A DNA stretch of 64,000 bases from an uncultured bacterium. GTDB lineage: Bacteria; Bacillota_I; Bacilli_A; RF39; UBA660. The position numbers were made by a program, and so were the translations under genes. The notes beneath the pieces are model-generated. The model saw nothing but the letters and a program-made list of their open reading frames with translations, was not told where the DNA came from and ran no database searches. The stretch's first letter is position 1. Every line of letters begins with the position of its first letter. This document shows, one piece after another, positions 46,649-56,920 of the stretch. The stretch is from NCBI GenBank assembly GCA_949291455.1, contig CASEVQ010000002.1:5763-69762 (forward strand), read 5' to 3'.

Positions 46649-49319
46649 AATAGAGTTACATGCTAAAACAAAATATAGCATAGACCATGAAAGTACAATC
46701 GATATTAAAGAATTAATATTAAAGTGTGCCAGTAATGGTGAAAAAGGTGTAGCTATTGTTGATAAAGATAGCGTCCTTAGTTTTTTAAAAGCAGAGAAAA
46801 TACTAAAAGAATTAAATATAAAAAATTTTAAATTAGTATATGGAATAGAAGTAAATGTTTTTATTGAAAAACTAACTTATAAAGCTGTAATTCTATTAAA
46901 GAAAAGAAATGGACTTTCCACACTATATAGAATGTTATCCCCTTACTTCACTAATAATAAATTACTATTAGAAGATTTAATGCTTAGTAAAAAGAATTTT
47001 ATAATTGGTTTAATATATGAACAAGACAATTATAATTCTAATATATTACAATATTTTAATTATGTAGAAGTAGATGATAAAGTATCTGAAGAAGTAATTG
47101 CCAATTTAAAAAGAAAGACTTTAGTAGTTTACTCAAATAGAATTAATGCCTTATCAAAAGATGAAGAATTAAGTAAAAAAGTTCTTTATAACAAATTACA
47201 TATAAAAGAAAAAATTGATACTAGAATCTATAAAAGTACACAAGAAATTTTAAAACAGGTAAAAGATATGGAAATTGTTATTGATAACCCTAATAAAATA
47301 TTTAATATGATAGAGAATTTCAACTTGTTAGAAAATAACATTTATTTACCTGTAGATGATAATTCATATATTGATTTGTTAGTGAATACTAAACTGAATG
47401 AAAAATATAATAATGATATTCCGTTGAAAGTAAAAAAACGTATTGAAGAAGAATTGAAACTTATTAAAGAACATAATTATGAAGGATTCATTAATTTATA
47501 TAAAAAAATAATTGATAAGTGCAAAGAAGAACAGGAAGAATATGTTATTTGTGATTACATTAATTATTTATATATTGCTTATTTACTAGGAATAACACAT
47601 TTTGATCCAATAAAGCATAATCTAAATTACGAACTTTTTTTTATCAATCATCCCAAAATCACCATTAAAATATCACCAGAATTTGTTAAAAAATTAAATA
47701 TTTTTATTAAAGAAGAACTAAATGTTAATATGATTAGATGTAAAGGATTGATGAGATTAAATAGTAGTAATGTTAAAAATATAATTAGTGATTATGAGAA
47801 AAAATATAATATTAAAATCTCTACTTCGGATAAGTTACTTATAAATAAATATTTAATGAATTATCCAATTAATAATTGGGCATTAACTCCAAAAAAATTT
47901 ATATTACCTGCTGGTGTTAATATATTTGACTTATCACCCCGTGAGCTTATAAAAGAAGATGATTCATATCATAGAGTTACAAATATGGATTATAAGGATA
48001 TTGAAGAAAATTTTATAACATTAGAATTAATATCAACCGATAAATTAATGCATTTAATGGAATTGAAAGACATTACTAAAGATAAGATAATTAATTGTAA
48101 CTATAAAGATAGTAATATTATAAAAAGTGAAGCTTTTCAAGATTATTTAGAATCTTATCAAAAAGATATATTATTGGATGATTTATATGAAGATTGCTTA
48201 AATAGCAAAATTGATTTGATTGAAATATTTAATATAATTAATGAAATAAAGCATGAAAAAAATATTTCTAATAAAACTAAGAAAATATTGACTAAAAACA
48301 ATATAGTAATAAACGACAAGAATGCTAATTTTATTTGTATAGGCATATTAAATGAAAGAACTAGATTAGAATATGAACTATTGTATTTTAAAAAATATTA
48401 TCCATTAGAGTACTATTATGTTTTATTAAAAGATTGTCCTTTTAATGATGTTATAGACATTATAAAAAATGGTTATGAAGAGGTTAAAAATAGAATTAAA
48501 GATTATTCAAAATATAGATATGAACATAAATATTTAAAGTTAGTAGCAAAGTTATATGAATCAAATATTAATTTTTCTATTGAAGAAAGAGAAATAGTAG
48601 AAGATTATTGTTTTGAATTAGATAAGGAAAATAAAAAAATAGTTTTAATAACTAATAAGACAAATAATGAAATTTATAAATATTTATCTAATAATTTATC
48701 TGTAATAGGAACAAGACCAATAAATGGAAAAATGCCTTATATGAGTAAAATAATCGCTAAATTAATAAGAATTAATAAAGATGTAATATTGTTTGGATTA
48801 GATGGAAAAACTAATTTTTATTTAGAATATCTATTATCTGAAATAACTAGAATAGATAGAAAAGCAATTAGGCAATATTTAAATCCATGTTCTTGCTATA
48901 AGGATAGTATTTTAACAATCGATGAAGAAAGTTATATTAATGGAATAAGATATTTGTTATATCATAATTTAACAATAAAAGATTACCATAATGTTAAAGA
49001 TATTATTATTGATGATGTTAATGTTAACATGATGATAGATAAATTAATTTATATGATTGAAGAGAGTGAAAGTAAAGTAATAATCATTGATAGAGTTGAA
49101 TCTATAGACGGTAATATTAGTAATACTTTAGAAAGAATAAAAGAAATTGCTAAATTAAAAAAACTTAATATTATACTTTTTACAAATCTAAAAAAAGAAT
49201 ATGAAGAATCTAACAAAAAGGATATATCTTCGTTTGAAAATAATGAATTGTTGGATAAATATGTTGATTATATAAATATTTTAGATGGTAAAGAGTTATA
49301 TCATATAAAGGAAAAATAA
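46638..49319 (+). CDS. hypothetical protein with degenerate N-terminal PHP-like motif and C-terminal DnaB-C-like RecA fold with degenerate P-loop
   Basis: IELHAKTKYSIDHEST resembles the PHP motif hELHvHTxyS with the second His replaced by Ala. The C-terminal IGTRPINGKM (GKM rather than GKT), VIIIDRVESI and NIILFTNLKKE resemble DnaB helicase motifs H1, H2 and H4. Start is per the ORF-track frame, with a GTG after aaggagg. Confidence 0.45.
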   Translation: MKNRIELHAKTKYSIDHESTIDIKELILKCASNGEKGVAIVDKDSVLSFLKAEKILKELNIKNFKLVYGIEVNVFIEKLTYKAVILLKKRNGLSTLYRMLSPYFTNNKLLLEDLMLSKKNFIIGLIYEQDNYNSNILQYFNYVEVDDKVSEEVIANLKRKTLVVYSNRINALSKDEELSKKVLYNKLHIKEKIDTRIYKSTQEILKQVKDMEIVIDNPNKIFNMIENFNLLENNIYLPVDDNSYIDLLVNTKLNEKYNNDIPLKVKKRIEEELKLIKEHNYEGFINLYKKIIDKCKEEQEEYVICDYINYLYIAYLLGITHFDPIKHNLNYELFFINHPKITIKISPEFVKKLNIFIKEELNVNMIRCKGLMRLNSSNVKNIISDYEKKYNIKISTSDKLLINKYLMNYPINNWALTPKKFILPAGVNIFDLSPRELIKEDDSYHRVTNMDYKDIEENFITLELISTDKLMHLMELKDITKDKIINCNYKDSNIIKSEAFQDYLESYQKDILLDDLYEDCLNSKIDLIEIFNIINEIKHEKNISNKTKKILTKNNIVINDKNANFICIGILNERTRLEYELLYFKKYYPLEYYYVLLKDCPFNDVIDIIKNGYEEVKNRIKDYSKYRYEHKYLKLVAKLYESNINFSIEEREIVEDYCFELDKENKKIVLITNKTNNEIYKYLSNNLSVIGTRPINGKMPYMSKIIAKLIRINKDVILFGLDGKTNFYLEYLLSEITRIDRKAIRQYLNPCSCYKDSILTIDEESYINGIRYLLYHNLTIKDYHNVKDIIIDDVNVNMMIDKLIYMIEESESKVIIIDRVESIDGNISNTLERIKEIAKLKKLNIILFTNLKKEYEESNKKDISSFENNELLDKYVDYINILDGKELYHIKEK

Positions 49320-49320
49320 G

Positions 49321-49992
49321 ATGGACAAGGTTAAAGAATATATTTTAAACAATAAGATTACACTTGTTATTACTTCACCAAACTCAAAAATTTTATCTAT
49401 TATTAATTTACTAAATGAATTATCAATTAAAGGAAAATATAAGACTATTTTATTCAGTTTTAACATTAGCTGTAATTATTATTTACAAAAGTTAATATCA
49501 TTTCTATCAGGCATTAACAATAGTATAATCACAAAGTATTTTTATCCATATGTAATAAATAGTAAAAAGAATAGAGATAAGATTAATCGTAATAAATTTA
49601 TTGATTCATTAGAAGAAATACAGAGTAGCAATATTTTAATGAATAGTGAAAAATATGCTGTTGATAAAGATTATTTAGATTATATTCTAGATTACTCAGA
49701 AAGCAATGTGTTAATAATTGATGATTTTTATGCATTACTAGATAAGACAAAGTATAGTCTAGATGAAATATTAATAAAAGTAAAAGAGAAACAAGATATT
49801 CATTTAGTTTTGTTTATAAAGACAAAATATAAAGAAAAAGTAGTAAGACAATTTGCCGAAGTAATAAGAAATTATATTTTTATAGATGGATTTAATTATG
49901 AGGAATATAAAGAGATAAATATTAATATTTTAAATAAAACATTCAAATTGCAATTCAATAAAATGAATCAAATAATGAAGACAAACGATTAA
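49321..49992 (+). CDS. hypothetical protein, DnaB-C/KaiC-like pseudo-ATPase
   Basis: LVITSPNSKILSI sits in place of a Walker A, VLIIDDFYAL is Walker-B-like, and LVLFIKTKYKEK follows. Confidence 0.35.
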   Translation: MDKVKEYILNNKITLVITSPNSKILSIINLLNELSIKGKYKTILFSFNISCNYYLQKLISFLSGINNSIITKYFYPYVINSKKNRDKINRNKFIDSLEEIQSSNILMNSEKYAVDKDYLDYILDYSESNVLIIDDFYALLDKTKYSLDEILIKVKEKQDIHLVLFIKTKYKEKVVRQFAEVIRNYIFIDGFNYEEYKEININILNKTFKLQFNKMNQIMKTND

Positions 49993-50111
49993 GAAAATTG
50001 ATAAATTTGAAAATATATTGTAAGAGTTTATATTATTAAAGAGCATTGGAGTTTTTAAGAAAAGTAAGGGCTGATATGCTATACTAAGATTAGTAAGTTA
50101 GAGGTGAGTAT

Positions 50112-51347
50112 GTGAAATTAAAAATATTAAAAGGTACTAGTGAAATAGGTGGATGCATAACAGAAATAGTAAGTAATAAAGGAACAAGGATTATTATTGA
50201 TCTAGGCGAAGATTTACCAGATGATAATGTATCAAAATGTGAAAATCCAAATATTGATGGCTTAACTATAGGTGATAAAAAGTATGATGCAGTTTTTATT
50301 ACACATAGCCATGGTGATCATATTGGTCTAATAAATTATGTGTTAGATGGTATCGATGTTTATGTTGAACCTACTTCCAAAATAATATATAGTTTATTAT
50401 CTACTTTTACACATAAGAAAATAAAATTTAAAACTAAAGATATGTTTTTTAAAAAAAAGATAATAATTAATGATGATATAATTGTGACACCATATATTGT
50501 TGATCATTCATCATATAATTCATCAATGTTATTAATTGAGGCTGATGGCAAGAAGGTACTGCACACAGGAGATTTCAGAAATCATGGAGTTAAAGGTAAA
50601 TTGTTTGTACCAACACTAAAAGAAATTGGAAATGTTGATATAATTGTAACTGAAGGAACTTCTTTAAGTAGAGGTAATGTTAAATATAAAACAGAGGAAG
50701 ATATAGTTAAAGAAGCCAAAAGGGTATTTTATAACTATGACCAAGTTTTTATTTTACAATCATCAACAAATATTGATCGTATTAGAGGTTTTTATAAAGC
50801 AGCAACCGCAACTGACAAAAATTTTATAGAAGATCTTTTTACTTCAAATATAACAGTTTCTTTAAAAAATGATTCTATTCCTAATCCTAAAACATTTAAT
50901 GATGTTTATACATGGATACCAAGAAGATATCTAGACAAATCGTTTAGGTTTAAGAAAAAGTATTTGTTTCCTTTTTTGAAATATAGTAAGCAAAAATCTT
51001 ATGTTAATAATAAATATGCATTAATGGTAAAGACATCAATGATTGAAGACATAAAAAAACTATATAATAAAAATCATATTACTAATGCGTGTTTAGTATA
51101 TTCAATGTGGGAAGGATACAAAGAAAAAGTAGAAATGAAAACCTTTTTTGAAGAGGTGAAGAAATATGGAATTTCTGATATAATAAACATACATACTTCA
51201 GGTCACGCTGATAAAGAAACTCTTGGTTTATTAAGTTTTCTTAAAGCAAAAAAGATAATTCCTATTCATACGATTAAAAAAGAAGAATTATCCAATATTT
51301 TAGATAATGTTTATTTATTAGATGATAATGAAACATTAGATGTATAG
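50112..51347 (+). CDS. metallo-beta-lactamase-fold hydrolase
   Basis: It has the HxHxDH motif AVFITHSHGDHIGL and downstream D and H residues in MBL spacing. Confidence 0.7.
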   Translation: MKLKILKGTSEIGGCITEIVSNKGTRIIIDLGEDLPDDNVSKCENPNIDGLTIGDKKYDAVFITHSHGDHIGLINYVLDGIDVYVEPTSKIIYSLLSTFTHKKIKFKTKDMFFKKKIIINDDIIVTPYIVDHSSYNSSMLLIEADGKKVLHTGDFRNHGVKGKLFVPTLKEIGNVDIIVTEGTSLSRGNVKYKTEEDIVKEAKRVFYNYDQVFILQSSTNIDRIRGFYKAATATDKNFIEDLFTSNITVSLKNDSIPNPKTFNDVYTWIPRRYLDKSFRFKKKYLFPFLKYSKQKSYVNNKYALMVKTSMIEDIKKLYNKNHITNACLVYSMWEGYKEKVEMKTFFEEVKKYGISDIINIHTSGHADKETLGLLSFLKAKKIIPIHTIKKEELSNILDNVYLLDDNETLDV

Positions 51348-51359
51348 AAGGTGATATTT

Positions 51360-52790
51360 ATGGATAACATAAGTAATTTAAATATTAGTGGTATTGCTAA
51401 ACAAGTTATTAAAAGATATCTTGGTAAAAAAGATTATGTTATAAGAATTAGAGTAAATAAAAAACACAAAGTAGAAATTGTTGTATATTATGAAGGAAGA
51501 AAATCATTTGAAGTTAAAGACAATAAGTTATTGTTAGATGGTGCTTATTTCTTCACTAAAGGAAATAAAAAAATTGCACATTCTATGGAGATGGAAATTG
51601 CTTGTTTAACTAAATTAGGTTTTTCATTTAAAATTGGTGCCAAGATTGATTCTACTAATCAATATTATAAAGATGGATATAGATATCGTATTTTTGTAGA
51701 ACCTTCTAGTGCTAAAAAAGGATCTAAAGAATGTTATGACAATTATAAAGAAGAAATAAAAGAAAGAATGGAAGTTATTTTAGAAGCTTTAAAAAGATAT
51801 GATAATGATTTTATATATCATTATGATAATGAAACAAATATAAATAGTTTTTATACTAAAAAAGTTGATAATACTATTAATTATTTTAAATTAAATGAAT
51901 TATTAAAAATAGGTATAGATAACACTGTTAAACAAAAAGGCATTAAGAAAATCAAATTTAATGAAAAATTGGTTGGTTCCCAAACGACCTATACTGAAGA
52001 AGAATATAGAATAATAGATTCTATTATGGAAAATAGAATTAAGACATATAATTTTGGAGTTCTTTTAGAAGAAAATAAAGAAGAATATATCGATAACAAT
52101 GAAAAAATATATCAACAATTACTTATGAACAAGATGTTTGATAAAAACGAAAGAGAACAACTTTTCAAAGTGGATAATTGTCCTTTTAAAGATAGCAATG
52201 CATATGAAATGGAATATAACTTATATGCTGCAAATAGAACTAATCGTAAACAGAAAACAAAAAAAGGAAGAGTAGATAATATATTTATCAGTGGTAATAA
52301 GATTTTATTTACTGAATTAAAATATGACGAAAAAGTTATTGGCGGTACAAATGGAATTCATAAGCATTTAATTGATTTAATTAATGGATTTGAAAAAAAT
52401 GATGAAGCTTTATCTGAAATATATGACTATATATGTGATTACAATGATGTGTTAACTTATATTAATGATAAAGAAGAATATATTATTAAAAATGTGAAGA
52501 GATTTAATGACAAAGAAGTAGAAAGAGAATTTATAATTATATGTGGATATTCAAACAATAAAAGAGATATTGTTTATAATGAATTGGAAAGAGTTTATCC
52601 ACTAACAGGAAAAAATGCTGAAGTAGAAAAATCATATAATATATTTTTAGATAATAAAAAAATCAATTTAGAGAATATGACTACTGAAGAGTTGATTTAT
52701 TTACTTAAAAATAGATATCATTGTGAAACTAAGATTTTCTTAGTAAATAATAATTATACTAAATTTGAAATATATCAAAAAAAAGTATAG
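51360..52790 (+). CDS. hypothetical protein with PD-(D/E)xK-like motif
   Basis: The ATG at 51360 follows aaggtga. The motif is GRVDNIFISGNKILFTELKYD (D...ExK). Confidence 0.4.
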   Translation: MDNISNLNISGIAKQVIKRYLGKKDYVIRIRVNKKHKVEIVVYYEGRKSFEVKDNKLLLDGAYFFTKGNKKIAHSMEMEIACLTKLGFSFKIGAKIDSTNQYYKDGYRYRIFVEPSSAKKGSKECYDNYKEEIKERMEVILEALKRYDNDFIYHYDNETNINSFYTKKVDNTINYFKLNELLKIGIDNTVKQKGIKKIKFNEKLVGSQTTYTEEEYRIIDSIMENRIKTYNFGVLLEENKEEYIDNNEKIYQQLLMNKMFDKNEREQLFKVDNCPFKDSNAYEMEYNLYAANRTNRKQKTKKGRVDNIFISGNKILFTELKYDEKVIGGTNGIHKHLIDLINGFEKNDEALSEIYDYICDYNDVLTYINDKEEYIIKNVKRFNDKEVEREFIIICGYSNNKRDIVYNELERVYPLTGKNAEVEKSYNIFLDNKKINLENMTTEELIYLLKNRYHCETKIFLVNNNYTKFEIYQKKV

Positions 52791-52879
52791 AGTATGTAAA
52801 TATGAAATCCTTTCATGATAACAAAATAATCTTTGATAGAAAGTGTATAAAATACAAATAAGTGATGATTATTTGAACT

Positions 52880-52909
52880 GTCAATGCGTTAAGCATTGAC
52901 TATTTTTTT
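52880..52909 (+). terminator. rho-independent terminator
   Basis: The stem gtcaatgc / gcattgac with loop gttaa is followed by TATTTTTTT. Confidence 0.6.
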
Positions 52910-53330
52910 AATTACTTTAATAAAATATTACTTTTTTTAATAAAGATGTTATGATAATTATTACCAAGACTATTTTTAATAAAAGGTAAAAAAATTAGTA
53001 ATGTTTTAATTTGAAGTTTTCATATAAGAATAAATATTTGATTTATAATTATTCAATTAATTTTTCAGCAAACTATAATTTTTATGATTTAAAGTATATA
53101 ATAAGTCTTGATAAATTATATAAAATTCTTATAATTCATTATCTAAATTAATTGATAAATAAACAATGTTTCTTCCTATAATTATCTGTTTTATTTAAAT
53201 TTCCTATAATGACATTTTCAATAAACGTTTCGAATCAATAGTAATGTTGCATTTTAAGTTTAAATTAGAATTTATAATATCTTTACTTAATTTAATCATA
53301 ATGATAAAATTACTATGGTGATGATTAGTT

Positions 53331-53909
53331 ATGAAAAAATATTGGAAAATAATAATTATTATAGTTGGTATAATTGCTGTTTTTGCTTTGTTTTTATTAA
53401 TTTATTTTAAAGTTACTTTTATTGGAAAAGATGCTGTAAAAAAAATAGTTATTGATAATATGAATGTTTCAAGCAGTGATGTTTTTTTTGAAAGCATCGA
53501 ATTAGAACTTGATAAGAATTATTACGAAGTCGAAGTTTACTATAAAAATAAAGATTATGAATATAAAATAGATGCTAAAGAAGGTAAAATAATCTATACT
53601 GATTTTCAAAGTTACAACAGTGATAACAATACTAATAATAATGGAAATGGTAATGATAATTCAAATAGTAATGGAAATAATAATACTAATAACACAAAAA
53701 TTAGCTTACAAGAAGCTAGAAATATTGCTTTAGCTCATGCTAATTTAGATATTAGTGTTGTTAACATAGTAAAATGTGAAAGTGAATATGATAATGGTAT
53801 TTTAATTTATGAAGTAGAATTTACTTATAACAATTATGAATATGATTATAAAATAGATGCTAGGACAGGAGAAATTGTTAGCTTTGATAAAGATAATATT
53901 TATAATTAA
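53331..53909 (+). CDS. membrane-anchored protein with two PepSY-like repeats and an Asn-rich linker
   Basis: The repeats are YEVEVYYKNKDYEYKIDAKEGKII and YEVEFTYNNYEYDYKIDARTGEIV. Confidence 0.6.
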   Translation: MKKYWKIIIIIVGIIAVFALFLLIYFKVTFIGKDAVKKIVIDNMNVSSSDVFFESIELELDKNYYEVEVYYKNKDYEYKIDAKEGKIIYTDFQSYNSDNNTNNNGNGNDNSNSNGNNNTNNTKISLQEARNIALAHANLDISVVNIVKCESEYDNGILIYEVEFTYNNYEYDYKIDARTGEIVSFDKDNIYN

Positions 53910-54023
53910 TTTTAGAAAACCATCTATGTAAATGTACTGCAGAAGATTTGAAAAAAGGAATTTTAGAAGTTATTTACAAATGATTAATCTTTTAAAAGAT
54001 TTAATAATTGAAGGAGAAAATTT

Positions 54024-54914
54024 ATGAAATCATATAAAAAAATATTAATAGCTTTTATTTTAAATATTTCGTTTTCAATTTTTGAATTTATTGGTGGATT
54101 GTTTACAAATAGTATATCAATTATGTCAGATGCAGTACATGATTTTGGCGATGCATTAAGTATTGGCACATCACTAGTATTAGAAAAGATAAGTAAAAGA
54201 AAACCTGATTCATCATATACCTATGGTTATGCAAGATATTCTATACTAGGAGCATTGATTACAACTATCGTTTTAACAATCGGTTCAATTTTTGTTATAA
54301 CAAATGGAATAAGTAGAATATTAAATCCAGAGGTTATAGATTATAATGGAATGATATTGTTTGCTATATTTGGTGTATTAATTAATTTTACAGCAGCTTA
54401 TTTTACAAGAGATGGAGAATCAATTAACCAAAAAGCTGTCAATTTACATATGTTAGAAGACGTTTTAGGTTGGGTAATAGTTTTAATTGGTTCTATATTA
54501 ATAAAATATACAAACATTTCAATATTAGATTCAATTATGTCTATTTGTATCGCAATATTTATATTAATAAATGCATTTAAAAATATGAAAGAAATATTGG
54601 ATTTGTTTTTAGAAAAAACTCCAAAAAATATATCTATTGAAAAAATTAAGTATCATATAATGAAAATAAAAGGAATTGCTGATGTTCATCATATTCATGT
54701 CTGGAGTATGGATGGAATAGCTAATTATTCTACTATGCATATAGTTACAAAAGAAAAAAACATTAAAGAAATAAAAAATAAAGTTAAAGAAGAAATGAAA
54801 AAACATAATATTATCCATACAACTATTGAAGTTGAAGAAACCAATGATGACTGTAATGAAAAAGATTGTATTGTAAAAATAGATAATGAGCATTCGACTC
54901 ACCATCATCATTAA
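54024..54914 (+). CDS. cation diffusion facilitator family transporter with C-terminal His-rich tail
   Basis: There are six TM helices. The conserved HDFGDALS and cytoplasmic domain are present. The C-terminus is EHSTHHHH. Confidence 0.8.
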   Translation: MKSYKKILIAFILNISFSIFEFIGGLFTNSISIMSDAVHDFGDALSIGTSLVLEKISKRKPDSSYTYGYARYSILGALITTIVLTIGSIFVITNGISRILNPEVIDYNGMILFAIFGVLINFTAAYFTRDGESINQKAVNLHMLEDVLGWVIVLIGSILIKYTNISILDSIMSICIAIFILINAFKNMKEILDLFLEKTPKNISIEKIKYHIMKIKGIADVHHIHVWSMDGIANYSTMHIVTKEKNIKEIKNKVKEEMKKHNIIHTTIEVEETNDDCNEKDCIVKIDNEHSTHHHH

Positions 54915-55120
54915 TAAAAAAATATTTAATATCTAAAATAAAAAAGATTAGAAAATTAAAAAAAATATTGTTATAATTTTTAGACTATTGACAAATAAAT
55001 GTTAATTGTTTTTTTATTTATAAATAAAAAATTAAATATAAATAACAATACTATAATACTATTAAATAATAAAAATAAACGATAAAATATGCTATAATTT
55101 CATTAAGAGGTGATTAGTTG

Positions 55121-56821
55121 ATGGGGACTATTAGAGAATTTATGGATCAAGCTGAAGGAGGAAAATTAATATTACCATCTATACAAAGAGAATATGTATG
55201 GAACGAAGAACAAATCTGTAGACTATTTGATTCAATAATGAGTGAATATCCAATTGGTCATATGATGTTGTGGAAATTAGATGGAAGTAAAATAAATGAA
55301 AAAGGGATAACATTTTATAAATTATTAAATAATTATAATGAAATGATTCCAGAAAACAATGAGAAACTTGAAAACCCATCACCTGATAAAACTTATTTTG
55401 CTATATTAGATGGACAACAAAGAACACAATCATTATATATTGGTTTAAAAGGTTATTTAAAATTAAAAATATATAGAGCACGAAAAAATAATGTAGAATC
55501 CTATAAAAATAAATATTTATATATTAACTTAATAGGAGAAGAAAGTGAACTTGATGAATATAAATATGAATTTAAATTTTTTGCCGATGAAGAATTAAAA
55601 AACAAAGAAAATGAAAATAAATTTTTCTTTAGAGTAGGCAAAATATTGCAATATGATAGATTACCTAATATAAATGATATCGAAAATATTAAAAATATAC
55701 AACTTAATGATGAACAAAAAAGAATAGCTCAAGATATTTTATTTAATTTATATCAAAAAATAAATGTTAATGACAGTATACTTCATTGGGATATTATTTC
55801 AAGTGATAAGTCATTGGATAATGTATTAAATATTTTTATAAGAACTAATAGTGGCGGAACTGTATTAAGTAAAACAGATTTATTATTTTCTACTGTTGTA
55901 GCTAATTGGGAAGATGCAAGAAAAAATATTGAAGAGTTACTTGACAGAATTAATAATAAAGGTGGGCAAGGAGTAAGATTTAATTTTACAAAAGATTTTA
56001 TTATGAGAACTCTTATGTATCTATTGGATGAACCTGTAACATTAAAACTTAATGACATAAAAGATAATATACAAAGCATGAGAGAAAACTGGGAATTATT
56101 AAGTAGTGCTATTTCAAAAGCTCCATCAGTATTAAAATATGCTGGATATAATGGAGAAAATTTAATTTCATATAATGCAGTTATGCCTATAATATATTAT
56201 ATATATAAAGGAGGATTTTTAAAGAAAACTGACACAATAGATTATAATCCTATGGAAGAACTAAAAAAATATTTAGTAATTGCTCAAATGAAAAAATTAT
56301 TTGGAGTTGCAAGCAATAATACTTTAACTAATGTTAGAAATGCCCTTATTGACAAAAATAAAAAATTGCGTAATAAATATTTTAAACTCAATGATTTAAA
56401 TAATGTTAATATTGTAGGAAACAGAGATTTCAGTGTAAACGATGAAATAATTGAATCGTGGTTTGAAGAAAATAAAAATGACTATACTTTTATGATTTTA
56501 ACATTGCTATATCCATGTGCTGATATTGAAAAAGTTAAATATCATCAGGATCACATGCATCCAGAGTCTAAATTAAAAAACAATCCAAAATTTTACAATC
56601 TAAGAAATCGTTTAGCAAATCTTCAATTGCTTCCCGGAGATGAAAATGAAAGTAAAAACGACACAGACTTGGAAGAATGGTTAAACTTAGACAATGATAG
56701 ATTAAAAAATACAAGGTATCTACCAGAGTGTTCTAAAAAAATTGAAGATTATGAAATTTTTTTGGAAGAACGAAAAAAGTTAATGAAAGAAGAATTATTA
56801 AAAATTTTAAAAATTAATTAA
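55121..56821 (+). CDS. GmrSD-like type IV (modification-dependent) restriction enzyme, DUF262 + DUF1524
   Basis: N-terminal motifs are ILPSIQREYVW and DGQQR. The C-terminal His-Me finger is YHQDHMHPES...N. The ATG at 55121 follows agaggtga. Confidence 0.7.
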   Translation: MGTIREFMDQAEGGKLILPSIQREYVWNEEQICRLFDSIMSEYPIGHMMLWKLDGSKINEKGITFYKLLNNYNEMIPENNEKLENPSPDKTYFAILDGQQRTQSLYIGLKGYLKLKIYRARKNNVESYKNKYLYINLIGEESELDEYKYEFKFFADEELKNKENENKFFFRVGKILQYDRLPNINDIENIKNIQLNDEQKRIAQDILFNLYQKINVNDSILHWDIISSDKSLDNVLNIFIRTNSGGTVLSKTDLLFSTVVANWEDARKNIEELLDRINNKGGQGVRFNFTKDFIMRTLMYLLDEPVTLKLNDIKDNIQSMRENWELLSSAISKAPSVLKYAGYNGENLISYNAVMPIIYYIYKGGFLKKTDTIDYNPMEELKKYLVIAQMKKLFGVASNNTLTNVRNALIDKNKKLRNKYFKLNDLNNVNIVGNRDFSVNDEIIESWFEENKNDYTFMILTLLYPCADIEKVKYHQDHMHPESKLKNNPKFYNLRNRLANLQLLPGDENESKNDTDLEEWLNLDNDRLKNTRYLPECSKKIEDYEIFLEERKKLMKEELLKILKIN

Positions 56822-56920
56822 ATTTAAAAAAAATATTATTTTAAATTTGAAAAGAATTAAAAGTTTATAACAATAAAAATGATATAATTTTTTTGTTTAT
56901 AAAAAGAAAGTGGGATATAA

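Noticed and set aside
53620-53700. AAT/AAC-rich tract resembling a microsatellite
   Set aside because: It lies in frame within the PepSY protein and encodes an Asn/Gly-rich linker (NNTNNNGNGNDNSNSNGNNNTNN). It is coding low-complexity sequence, not a non-coding repeat.
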